Assembly: GCA_025992705.1 (NCBI GenBank)
Contig: DAJPGJ010000001.1
Span: 399,264 to 463,263 of the forward strand
Length of the DNA stretch: 64,000 nt
Reading direction: 5' to 3'
Origin: Coriobacteriaceae bacterium
GTDB lineage: Bacteria; Actinomycetota; Coriobacteriia; Coriobacteriales; QAMH01
Numbering within the stretch: the stretch's first letter is position 1; the number at the start of each line of letters is the position of its first letter. The position numbers were made by a program, and so were the translations under genes. Below the pieces are notes generated by a model that was not told the DNA's origin, searched no databases, and saw only the letters and a list, made by a program, of their open reading frames with translations. Shown here in pieces: positions 36,411-44,745 of this stretch.

Positions 36411-37742
36411 ATGAGCCACGACGGGGACGCGTTCGCAAACAAGAATCCGCAGCTGTCACGACGTGCTTTCTTGCGTCTGGGTGGCGGCGCGCTTGCCTGC
36501 GCGACGGTACTCGGCGCGCCCGCGTTGCTCACGGGTTGCGGGGGCAACTCGGATAGCGGCACGCCAAGCACGCTCGACGTGTCGACCAACGACGTCGTCA
36601 CGCTCGATGCCTTTGCCGAAATCGAGGACACGACGGGATACTTCGAGATCAAGGATCTTGCGCAGTACCCCAAGGGGACGATGCTCTATGCATCCGAGGA
36701 CGTGACGGCGGCGGCGCTGCTTACGGGCGAGACGGCCTCGCCTCTGTCGACCTGCTCGCTCGTCAACCTGGGTACCGGTGCCATGACGCCGGCGCTTGAT
36801 CGCGCCGTCAATCATGACATGGGCTACAGCATCTTTGCCGTGCGCGCATCCAAAGAGCTGCTCGTCTGGGTCGAAAGCAACTACCTCACCTCGGATTGGA
36901 TGGTGTACTGTGCCACGATCTCCGATGGCAGGTTAACTGGTCAGCCCGTCAAGCTCGACGAGGGCAATGTCGAATTCGACACGCCTGAGATAGCCGTCAT
37001 CGGCACAGCGGCGTACTGGATCGTGCAGCCTGCCGAGGGCGGTCCGCGCACGACGGAGAACTCGTACCTGCGCGTTGCCACGGGCGGCTCGCGTTCGTCG
37101 GACATGATTACTTCGGAAGGCCGATTCAACGGCGGACTCTCCGTAAGCGGGCAAGTGCTTACGGCCATGCCGAGGGCCAAGGCGTCGAGCGGCGTGTACT
37201 ACGAGCTCACGGCGATTGCCGCAGGCTCGGGGTCGGTGGTTGCGTCTCAGGTGATGCCGCACTCGTTCCGCCCGTCAAACGCCATCTACATGAACAACGC
37301 CTTCGCGTTCACGATTCCCGCGTCCTACGATTACGGCGGAGGTATCGCAAACGTCGGTACGTATTACCCGATAGCGGGGAATACGTGGCTGCGCCTGGCG
37401 CGACAGTCACTCACGCCGCCGGGCATCTGCAATGGCTGGCTGTTCGCGAAGTCGAGTTCGCGCACGGTGTTCATCGATACGCAAGAGCAGAAGTACTTCG
37501 TCGTCAACGCGCCTGATGGCTGTACGGATTACGGCGACTATTCGGTATGCACGGGCGAGGTTTCTCGCGTCTACAATTACGCGACCGTCAACAAGTACGA
37601 GGGCACCGAAAGGGCGACGCAGGTCGTCTTGCGCTCGATTACGCCCATCCCTGCTGGTCAAAAGCCTGTTCCGCCTGCTCTGGATCCAACTGATCCCACG
37701 ACACAGCCAAGCACGACCCCCACGGAACCCACCGAACGATAG
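36411..37742 (+). CDS. Twin-arginine-signal lipoprotein, function unknown
   Basis: 443 aa. SRRAFLRLGGGALA followed by lipobox LTGC. The start abuts the upstream stop. Confidence 0.7.
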   Translation: MSHDGDAFANKNPQLSRRAFLRLGGGALACATVLGAPALLTGCGGNSDSGTPSTLDVSTNDVVTLDAFAEIEDTTGYFEIKDLAQYPKGTMLYASEDVTAAALLTGETASPLSTCSLVNLGTGAMTPALDRAVNHDMGYSIFAVRASKELLVWVESNYLTSDWMVYCATISDGRLTGQPVKLDEGNVEFDTPEIAVIGTAAYWIVQPAEGGPRTTENSYLRVATGGSRSSDMITSEGRFNGGLSVSGQVLTAMPRAKASSGVYYELTAIAAGSGSVVASQVMPHSFRPSNAIYMNNAFAFTIPASYDYGGGIANVGTYYPIAGNTWLRLARQSLTPPGICNGWLFAKSSSRTVFIDTQEQKYFVVNAPDGCTDYGDYSVCTGEVSRVYNYATVNKYEGTERATQVVLRSITPIPAGQKPVPPALDPTDPTTQPSTTPTEPTER

Positions 37743-37749
37743 GCCTGGT

Positions 37750-37896
37750 GGCAACAAGGGGACAGACCCTTGCATGTCGTGCGCGGCAATATGGGGACAG
37801 ACCCTTATCTGTCATCTCGACTGATGCGATGAGGGGTCTGTCCCCTTGTCGCTAACAGCCCTCGCGCGGAAATGAAGGGTCTGTCCCCTTATTGTC
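37750..37896. repeat. Type A repeats, 2 forward plus 2 inverted (convergent)
   Basis: Forward copies at 37750-37769 and 37785-37804. Inverted copies at 37833-37852 and 37877-37896. Confidence 0.9.
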
Positions 37897-37966
37897 ACCA
37901 GCGCTGACGCAGGCGGTGCGCAATGGTACACTGCGTAGATGGAAGAAAACCGAAAGGAGCCTCATC

Positions 37967-38698
37967 GTGGACACCGGTTCTGAAGCCCGTCGCATCTTGC
38001 TCGTCGAGGACGAGAAAGCCATTCGCGACGCCGTTGCTGCCTATCTTGAACGTGCCGGTTACTGGGTGACGCCGGCTGCAGATGGCCAGGAGGCCGTCGA
38101 TGCGTTCTCCCTGCATCAGTTCGACCTCGTCATCCTGGACCTCATGCTTCCCAAGCTTCCGGGCGAGAAGGTCTGCCGCATCATCCGCGACACATCTGAC
38201 GTCCCCATCATCATGCTCACCGCCAAGGGCGAGGTCGAGGACCGCATCGTCGGTCTCGAGCTTGGCGCAGACGACTACCTCATCAAGCCCTTCTCGCCGC
38301 GCGAGCTCGTTGCGCGCGTCCGCGCCCTGCTGCGCCGCGCCCACATCGACTCCGAGCCGCAGCGCGAGGTGCTCGACTTCGGTGGCCTGACCATCGATCT
38401 CAACGGTCACAAGGTTCTTGTCAACGACGAGGAGATCGACCTCACCGCCAGTGAGTTCAAGCTGCTCACGACGCTGTCACGTTATCCGGGCCGCGTCTAC
38501 TCGCGCATGGAGCTCGTCGAGAAGGTGCTCGGCTACGATTTCGAGGGCTACGAGCGCACCATCGACAGCCACGTGAAGAACCTCCGCGCCAAGATCGGCG
38601 ATGATCCGCGCAATCCGCGTTGGATTTACACCGTGCACGGCGTCGGCTATCGCTTCGAGGTGCCCCGAGACGGCGAATCGGCTGGTCAAGAGGCCTAG
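37967..38698 (+). CDS. OmpR-family response regulator
   Basis: GTG 37967 after AAAGGAG. Receiver domain (ILLVEDE...DLVILDLMLP) and a winged-helix C-terminus (VHGVGYRF). Confidence 0.9.
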   Translation: MDTGSEARRILLVEDEKAIRDAVAAYLERAGYWVTPAADGQEAVDAFSLHQFDLVILDLMLPKLPGEKVCRIIRDTSDVPIIMLTAKGEVEDRIVGLELGADDYLIKPFSPRELVARVRALLRRAHIDSEPQREVLDFGGLTIDLNGHKVLVNDEEIDLTASEFKLLTTLSRYPGRVYSRMELVEKVLGYDFEGYERTIDSHVKNLRAKIGDDPRNPRWIYTVHGVGYRFEVPRDGESAGQEA

Positions 38699-38704
38699 AC
38701 GTCC

Positions 38705-40066
38705 ATGAAGAACAAGCGCAAGACCCGCGAGAGGAAGCCTCTCTCGTTTGCAATCTACGTCATGGGGGCGTTTTTGCTCACGGCGGCCATGACGGTGCTC
38801 ATCACGGCTGCCGCCATCGCGATCGTCTGGAACGTCGGTTACGCCGGCGCGCCAAGTGACGAGGAAATCTTCGCCGCCGTGCTCATCTCCGGGGCCATCG
38901 CCCTCGTGCTCTCCATCATTCTCGGCCTCTACTTCGCCATCGGCATCGCGCGTCCCGTCGGCCGCATCGCAGATACCGCCTCGGCAATCAAGGAAGGCAA
39001 CCTCTCCGCCCGTACGGGGCTTGGCGGCGATGATCAGCTCGGTCAGCTCGGCCAGCGCTTCGACGAGATGGCAGACGCCATCGAGCGCGACCGCGACCTC
39101 GAGCGTCAGCTCATCGGCGACGTAGCCCATGAGCTGCGTACGCCGCTCATGGCCATCCAGGCCACGGTCGAAGCCATCCAGGATGGCGTCTTCGAAGCAG
39201 ATGAGGAGCATCTCAACACCATCTCGTTCGAGACGCGTCGTCTGGGTCGTCTGGTCGAGGCGCTTCTGCACCTCAACCGTCTCGAGAACGGCACGGCTGA
39301 GGTCAAGCGCAATCTCGTCAATCTCAGCAGCGTGGTGAATGGCCTTTCGACGACGCATGAAGCGCTTCTCGAAAGCTCCGGCATCATGTTCTTCACCGAT
39401 GTCGATCCCAACGTCATGATTATCGGCGATCAGGACCTCATCTCACAAGCCGTCGCCAATCTGCTTTCCAATGCCGTGCGCTACACGCCCGAGAACGGCA
39501 TGGTCAGTCTCGAGCTTACGCGTGATAACGGGTACGCCAAGATTTCCGTGCGTGATACGGGCGTTGGCATTTCCCAAGAGGACATGAAGAAGGTCTTCTC
39601 GCGCTTCTGGCGTGCCGACGTCGCACGTCAAAGCGTCGATGGCGGCTTGGGTATTGGCCTCGCGCTTGTCAAGGAAGTCGTCGACCAGCACTTCGGCGAC
39701 GTCTCCGTTTCCTCCACGCTCGGCGAGGGCAGTACCTTCGTGATGCGCATTCCGCTGGCGCCCGAAGACCATGCCAAACCCATGCCGTCGACGCGCAGGA
39801 ACACTTCGCGCAGGCGTCAGGAGCGTGCCGCGCGCAAGGAGCAGGAGAAGCTCCGCAAGATTGAGGAACGCCAGGTCAAAGCACGTCGTAAGGCGCGCGA
39901 GGCAGGTGCCGGCTTGAGCGCGACGCAAGAGCTCAAGCTCTTTGGGCTGCGCGTGCCGTTACCCGCCACAAGGCAGCAAGAAGTACGGCAACAAGAAGCC
40001 CGGCAACAAGAAGTCCGGCAACAAGAAGTACACACGAGAAACAAGGAAGATGATATCCATGAGTGA
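38705..40066 (+). CDS. Sensor histidine kinase (TM-HAMP-HisKA-HATPase) with a basic repeat-containing C-terminal tail
   Basis: H-box [10 protein letters not shown]-box LLSNAVRYT and G-box GGLGIGLA are present. About 95 extra K/R/E/Q-rich residues include RQQEV repeats. Confidence 0.85.
   Translation: MKNKRKTRERKPLSFAIYVMGAFLLTAAMTVLITAAAIAIVWNVGYAGAPSDEEIFAAVLISGAIALVLSIILGLYFAIGIARPVGRIADTASAIKEGNLSARTGLGGDDQLGQLGQRFDEMADAIERDRDLERQLIGDVAHELRTPLMAIQATVEAIQDGVFEADEEHLNTISFETRRLGRLVEALLHLNRLENGTAEVKRNLVNLSSVVNGLSTTHEALLESSGIMFFTDVDPNVMIIGDQDLISQAVANLLSNAVRYTPENGMVSLELTRDNGYAKISVRDTGVGISQEDMKKVFSRFWRADVARQSVDGGLGIGLALVKEVVDQHFGDVSVSSTLGEGSTFVMRIPLAPEDHAKPMPSTRRNTSRRRQERAARKEQEKLRKIEERQVKARRKAREAGAGLSATQELKLFGLRVPLPATRQQEVRQQEARQQEVRQQEVHTRNKEDDIHE
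39971..40030 (+). repeat. Four tandem 15-nt repeats (CGGCAACAAGAAGYM)
   Basis: Units at 39971, 39986, 40001 and 40016. They lie inside the kinase tail, just upstream of the purC RBS. Confidence 0.9.
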
Positions 40067-40940
40067 AATGGCAATGCGTCCTGATTCGCAGGGCAAGGTC
40101 CGCGATCTGTACGACCTGGGCGACAAGCTCCTCATCGTCGCAACCGACCGCATCTCGGCGTTCGACTACATCCTCAAAGACGAGATTCCCTACAAAGGCG
40201 AGGTTCTCACGCGCCTTTCGCTCTTCTGGTTCGACTTGCTCGCGGACATCATTCCCAACCATCTGATTTCCGCGGACGTGGCCGATCTGCCCGAGAAATT
40301 CAAGCCATATGCCGAGTGGCTGAACGGCCGTTTCATGCTCGTGCGCAAGGCCGAGATGTTCCCCGTCGAGTGCATCGTGCGTGGCTACCTTGCTGGCAGC
40401 GGTCTCAAGGAGTACCGCAAGCAGGGTACCGTTTGCGGCATCGAGCTACCCGAGGGCCTCATCGAGGCAAGCAAGCTGCCCGAGCCCATCTACACGCCGT
40501 CAACTAAGGCCGAGATTGGCGATCATGACGAGAACGTGAGCTATGAGCGCACGGTCGAGATGCTTGGCGAGAAGGATGCGAGCGCTCTGCGCGACGCATC
40601 GCTTGCCGTCTACAAGAAGGCAGCTGATTACGCTGCCCAGCATGGCATCATCATCGCCGATACCAAGTTCGAATTCGGCACGATCGATGGCACGCTCACC
40701 CTGGCCGATGAGGTGCTCACACCGGATTCCTCGCGCTTCTGGCCGCAGGATGCCTATGAGCCGGGCAAGAGCCAGGCAAGCTTCGACAAGCAGTTCGTGC
40801 GTGATTGGCTCGATGCCAATTGGGACCGCACGGGCGAGCCGCCGCAATTGCCGGCCGACATCATCGAGGCGACCTCGAACAAGTACATCCAGGCCTACGA
40901 GCTCATCACGGGCGAGCGTTTCGTTCCCGCGAATCTGTAA
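40059..40940 (+). CDS. purC: Phosphoribosylaminoimidazole-succinocarboxamide (SAICAR) synthase
   Basis: ATG 40059 with RBS AAGGAAG. Sequence [25 protein letters not shown]. The gene overlaps the kinase stop by 8 nt. Confidence 0.9.
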   Translation: MSEMAMRPDSQGKVRDLYDLGDKLLIVATDRISAFDYILKDEIPYKGEVLTRLSLFWFDLLADIIPNHLISADVADLPEKFKPYAEWLNGRFMLVRKAEMFPVECIVRGYLAGSGLKEYRKQGTVCGIELPEGLIEASKLPEPIYTPSTKAEIGDHDENVSYERTVEMLGEKDASALRDASLAVYKKAADYAAQHGIIIADTKFEFGTIDGTLTLADEVLTPDSSRFWPQDAYEPGKSQASFDKQFVRDWLDANWDRTGEPPQLPADIIEATSNKYIQAYELITGERFVPANL

Positions 40941-41018
40941 CATGCGCTCCACGCGCATGCGCCGCCCGTTGTATCATAGGCATTTACACACTACAGGCAT
41001 TCGAAAGGCGATTGACGA

Positions 41019-41675
41019 ATGACGCAGCGTAATTTCCAAAACGCACGCAATCAGGGCGATGGTCCCAAGGGCAAGTCGAGGAAATCGGCAAGCTCCGCGA
41101 AGCTCAAGTCCAAGGCCGGTGCGTCGGTATACGCCCCGTCCAAGGAGGCCAAGGCCAAACGCGCAAAGCAGGAAGCCAAGGCAAGGAAGAACCAACCGGT
41201 CGAGACAAAGGCGAATGACCCAGTCGAGCAACAGCGCCGTCGCGAGCGCGCCATGGTCTCGATGATGCGCGACTTGCCCGAGTACAAGTTCTGGCGTCGC
41301 ATCTGGTGGATTGCCATGGGCGCTGCCTTCGTTGTCATCATCCTCACCTGGCTCCCCAACATGCTCATCAGCAGCGGCGTGCTGGGCGAGGACTTCCAGG
41401 AGACCGCAAGCTGGATTTCCACCATTGGCTTCATCTTCGCGATCGCCGCACTCGTCATTGCGTTCTACATCGACCTGCGCAAGATTCGCAAGATTCAGAA
41501 GGCGCAGGAGGCAAAGGCCCGCAACCTCACCAAGGCCGAGCGCCGCGAACTCGATGATGCCATCGCCGCATCCATCGAGCGTGACCAGCAGCGACGTGCG
41601 GAGCGCAAGAGCAAGATGCCTTGGGGCAAGAAGAAGCCGCAGGAATCCGCCGAAGATAGTCCGAGCGACCAGTAA
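41019..41675 (+). CDS. Hypothetical membrane protein with a basic N-terminus
   Basis: 218 aa with two predicted TM segments and K/R-rich termini. Confidence 0.55.
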   Translation: MTQRNFQNARNQGDGPKGKSRKSASSAKLKSKAGASVYAPSKEAKAKRAKQEAKARKNQPVETKANDPVEQQRRRERAMVSMMRDLPEYKFWRRIWWIAMGAAFVVIILTWLPNMLISSGVLGEDFQETASWISTIGFIFAIAALVIAFYIDLRKIRKIQKAQEAKARNLTKAERRELDDAIAASIERDQQRRAERKSKMPWGKKKPQESAEDSPSDQ

Positions 41676-41687
41676 ACAGGAGACGCG

Positions 41688-43130
41688 ATGCTGCTCACCG
41701 CGAAATACGTCATTCCCATTACCTCCCCATACATCGAGGACGGTGCCGTTCTCGTGCGTGATGACAAGATTCTTGACCTGGGGCCTGCGTCCCAGCTCAA
41801 GGACAAGTACTCCATGGAGGAGGTTCGCGATTTCGGGCTCTCCGCCCTCATGCCCGGCTTCGTCGACTTGCATACGCACCTTGGCTACACGGCGCTGCGC
41901 GGCATGTTCGGCGATCTGCCCTATGCCGACTGGAAGCGTCACGTGCTGCATACCGAGCCCTTCTTCACCGAGGAGGACTGGATTGACTCGGCGCGTGTCG
42001 GTGCGCTCGAAGCCGTCGCCAGCGGTATCACGACGATAGCGGACATCTCCGCATCGGGTGTCACGCGCATCCCCGCCCAGGAGATGGGCCTGCGCGCCCG
42101 TGTGTACTACGAGGTGCTGACCACGCAGAAAGAGCACGTCGAGAGCGTCGTGCATGAGGGTCTCGAGAAGATCGAGCGCTGGAAGGACGAGTGCGGAAGC
42201 GACCTGCTCGACTTCGGTCTTGCCCCCGGCCCCGTGTATGGTTGCCATCCGAGCGTCTTCCAGGCTATCGCCGATGTCGCGATTGAAAAGAACATCCCCG
42301 TTGCCATGCACCTTGCGGGAAGCCAGGAGGAGGCGGACTTCATCCGTTACGGCTCCTCGCCGTTTGGTGTCCATGTGAGCGAGCATGAGCAGGGCAAGCT
42401 CGCTGCCGCGTATCCGCCCTGGCTACCGGCGGGTACCTCGCCGGTGAGCTACGTGAGCAACTGGGGCATCCTCGACGTGCCCGGTATCCTTGCGATTCAC
42501 TGCGTCCATGTCGATGATCGCGATATCGGCATCCTTCGCGACAAGCAGGTGCGCATCGGCTATTGTCCGCGCATCAATGCCAAGCTTGGCATGGGGTCGA
42601 TGCCGCTCGAGAAGTTTTGGGCCGCAGGCCTTACCATCGGCTTGGGTACGGATTCTCCGGCTGCCGTCGACACGACCGACATGATCGACGAGATGCGCAT
42701 CGGTCTCATGATCACCCGCGCGACGAGTTCCGAGCGCTTCGTGCAGGCATCTGCCAAGAACGCCCTGCGCATGGCGACCATCGGCTCGGCGGAAGCCCTG
42801 GGCATCGACGACAAGGTCGGTTCGCTCGAGGCAGGCAAGCAGGCCGACATCATCGCCATCGACTTGCACAACTCGCATCAGAATCCCACGACCGATCCGG
42901 AGAGCGCCGTCATCTACACGGCCAACCAGGACAACGTCAAGATGACCATGGTCGCCGGCCGTGTCCTCTACGACAACTTCGTCCATGTGTCGGGTTGCGA
43001 TCGCGATGCGATTATCGATCGAGCGCGCGCCTTGCGCGTGCGTATCCGCGAGGAAGTCAGCGACGATGCGCTGCGCAGGTCGCTCATCGAGCACGCGCCG
43101 CAAGACAAACAGGACCGCTACAACAGATAG
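41688..43130 (+). CDS. Amidohydrolase-family protein (nucleoside/nucleobase deaminase-like)
   Basis: 480 aa with the metal motif GFVDLHTHL near the N-terminus and amidohydrolase layout. Confidence 0.7.
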   Translation: MLLTAKYVIPITSPYIEDGAVLVRDDKILDLGPASQLKDKYSMEEVRDFGLSALMPGFVDLHTHLGYTALRGMFGDLPYADWKRHVLHTEPFFTEEDWIDSARVGALEAVASGITTIADISASGVTRIPAQEMGLRARVYYEVLTTQKEHVESVVHEGLEKIERWKDECGSDLLDFGLAPGPVYGCHPSVFQAIADVAIEKNIPVAMHLAGSQEEADFIRYGSSPFGVHVSEHEQGKLAAAYPPWLPAGTSPVSYVSNWGILDVPGILAIHCVHVDDRDIGILRDKQVRIGYCPRINAKLGMGSMPLEKFWAAGLTIGLGTDSPAAVDTTDMIDEMRIGLMITRATSSERFVQASAKNALRMATIGSAEALGIDDKVGSLEAGKQADIIAIDLHNSHQNPTTDPESAVIYTANQDNVKMTMVAGRVLYDNFVHVSGCDRDAIIDRARALRVRIREEVSDDALRRSLIEHAPQDKQDRYNR

Positions 43131-43137
43131 GGTCGTC

Positions 43138-43323
43138 ATGTCGAACAAGAACAAGTCGTATCAGAAGAACAAGCAGCAAAAACTCGAGCAGGAGCTGGCA
43201 GCCCAGTACCGTCGCGAGCAACACGACCGGCGCATGCGCCTGCTCAAGACCATCGGCATTACCATTCTCTCGGTGTTGCTGATTATCTCGTTCTGCTTCC
43301 CCGCGTTCACGATGCTGTTCTAG
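43138..43323 (+). CDS. Small membrane-anchored protein (61 aa)
   Basis: The ATG lies 8 nt after the upstream stop. Charged N-terminus plus one C-terminal TM segment. Confidence 0.4.
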   Translation: MSNKNKSYQKNKQQKLEQELAAQYRREQHDRRMRLLKTIGITILSVLLIISFCFPAFTMLF

Positions 43324-43357
43324 TAGTGTCGGGTAAGGGGGGCAGGAAGCTGACTTG

Positions 43358-43633
43358 CTAATTCTGCTGTCTGTCTCTGTAGTGACCGCCGCACTGGATA
43401 ATCTCGATCTTGCCATTGTGTATCCGGTACACGATACGATTGGCTTTATCGATTCGTCTGCTCCACCAACCGGACAAATCGCCTTTCAGGGGTTCGGGCT
43501 TCCCAATGCCCTCATATCCGTTTCGATCAATATCGCGTAAGAGCGTGTTGATGCGTTTGAGGGTCTTTTTATCTTGTTCTTGCCAATAAAGGTAGTCTTC
43601 CCAGGCATCATCGTCCCAGGACTTATTCATCAT
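43358..43633 (-). CDS. yoeB: YoeB/Txe-family toxin
   Basis: 91 aa. Sequence W..DAWEDYLYWQEQDKKTLKRINTLLRDI...GIGKPEPLKGDLSGWWSRRID..NRIVY is YoeB-like. The gene overlaps the antitoxin gene. Confidence 0.85.
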   Translation of the reverse strand: MMNKSWDDDAWEDYLYWQEQDKKTLKRINTLLRDIDRNGYEGIGKPEPLKGDLSGWWSRRIDKANRIVYRIHNGKIEIIQCGGHYRDRQQN

Positions 43634-43895
43634 CTGGCTCCATCAGCTCATGAACTTTGCCGTGGCCCTTTTCCATGCGCTCCTTTGCTTTTAGCAGCCT
43701 CTCTTGGTTTGCGCTGCTGTAAAAAGGATCCATGTTATAGGAGACGATTTCAAACGGCAGACGATGTTCGCGTAGGACTGCCTTGGCGAACAAGTTGATT
43801 GCAGTTGATGTGTTCATGCCGACATCTGAGCAAAACATCTCAAGTCCTTTCTTAACATCCTCATCCATGCGCACGCTCAGTGTTGTCATTGTCAT
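43623..43895 (-). CDS. RelB/DinJ-type antitoxin
   Basis: About 90 aa from ATG 43895. LSVRMDEDVKKGLEMFCSDVGMNTSTAINLFAKAVLREHRLPFE matches the DinJ ribbon-helix-helix fold. Confidence 0.8.
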   Translation of the reverse strand: MTMTTLSVRMDEDVKKGLEMFCSDVGMNTSTAINLFAKAVLREHRLPFEIVSYNMDPFYSSANQERLLKAKERMEKGHGKVHELMEPDDE

Positions 43896-43910
43896 TAGAA
43901 TCACACTCCA

Positions 43911-43927
43911 TTCATACAATGTATGAA
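43911..43927 (-). promoter_or_regulatory. Perfect palindrome TTCATACA-A-TGTATGAA, candidate antitoxin operator
   Basis: 8-bp inverted repeat 16 nt upstream of the antitoxin start, in an AT-rich promoter-like stretch. Confidence 0.5.
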
Positions 43928-43959
43928 CAGAATAATATAATTGAAGGTAATTTTCTATA

Positions 43960-44310
43960 TCATGTAATCTGAGCATTGATGAATCCTTTGGAAAACGATA
44001 CCAGGAGCCTCTGTTCTGCCTCCACCCATGCTTCGTCTCGATGTGGCCGCTCCAGCACGAACGCCGCCCTGCGGCATGAGAGCAGACGACCCGGCCTTAC
44101 GTTGCGCTCGGAGCGCAGCACGATACCGTTCCGGTCAGCGAAGGCGATGTCGAGGGCGTAGCGCATGCCGATGGTGTGCACGCTCTTGCAGAGCACGAGC
44201 ACGAGCACGCGACCGCCGTCACCCCATTCCGCACGCGTGCCAAGCAACCCGCGCGCCCGGGCGATCATGCTGGTGGCGATAACGACGCGCATGTTGTCCA
44301 GGCTTGTCAT
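43960..44310 (-). CDS. DUF192-family protein (last gene of the Tad operon)
   Basis: 116 aa from ATG 44310, with an ATGA overlap onto the upstream stop. Sequences ARARGLLG...SVHTIGMRYALDIAFADRNGIVL...AAFVLERP are present. Confidence 0.65.
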   Translation of the reverse strand: MTSLDNMRVVIATSMIARARGLLGTRAEWGDGGRVLVLVLCKSVHTIGMRYALDIAFADRNGIVLRSERNVRPGRLLSCRRAAFVLERPHRDEAWVEAEQRLLVSFSKGFINAQIT

Positions 44311-44741
44311 AGGAGCTCCCCAGGCGTGTAAGGGTCGACGGCGATGTTGCACTCGTGTTCGAGCAACGCCGGAGCGCCTGCGATGGAGAGCGGCCACGGC
44401 GCGAATCGAAACGTGCAGCGATAGACCGACATGCTTGCCAACGCCACCCCGGCATCTTCGTAGCTCACCTCTATCGAGGAACCTTCTTTGGCAAAATCGC
44501 TTTCGAGGGCAGCGCGTATTGCCGCGGTACGCGCACCGAGCTCGTATCCATCCATAGGGGCGCTTGCTGCTTGGGCAAGAACGCGTTGGGGAGCGATGTG
44601 ATCGAAGCGTGCGCACTCGCCTGCGAAGACAAGCATATCGACGGCGATGACCAGCACGATGAGGATGACGGGCATGACAACGGCAAGCTCGACCGCCATC
44701 TGCCCATGTTCGCGACCTCTGCCTTCGCGTGTCTGAAGCAT
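44307..44741 (-). CDS. TadE-like pilus assembly protein
   Basis: 144 aa with the N-terminal motif GQMAVELAVVMPVILIVL. Confidence 0.7.
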   Translation of the reverse strand: MLQTREGRGREHGQMAVELAVVMPVILIVLVIAVDMLVFAGECARFDHIAPQRVLAQAASAPMDGYELGARTAAIRAALESDFAKEGSSIEVSYEDAGVALASMSVYRCTFRFAPWPLSIAGAPALLEHECNIAVDPYTPGELL

Positions 44742-44745
44742 GTCG

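Noticed and set aside
43960-44616. A 218-aa ORF overlapping the tadE-like gene
   Set aside because: Only the C-terminal 116 aa (from ATG 44310) look like a real DUF192 protein. The upstream part is Arg-rich and overlaps the better-supported gene 44307-44741 in another frame. The same logic trims ORF 47493-48023 to the 68-aa Flp pilin.
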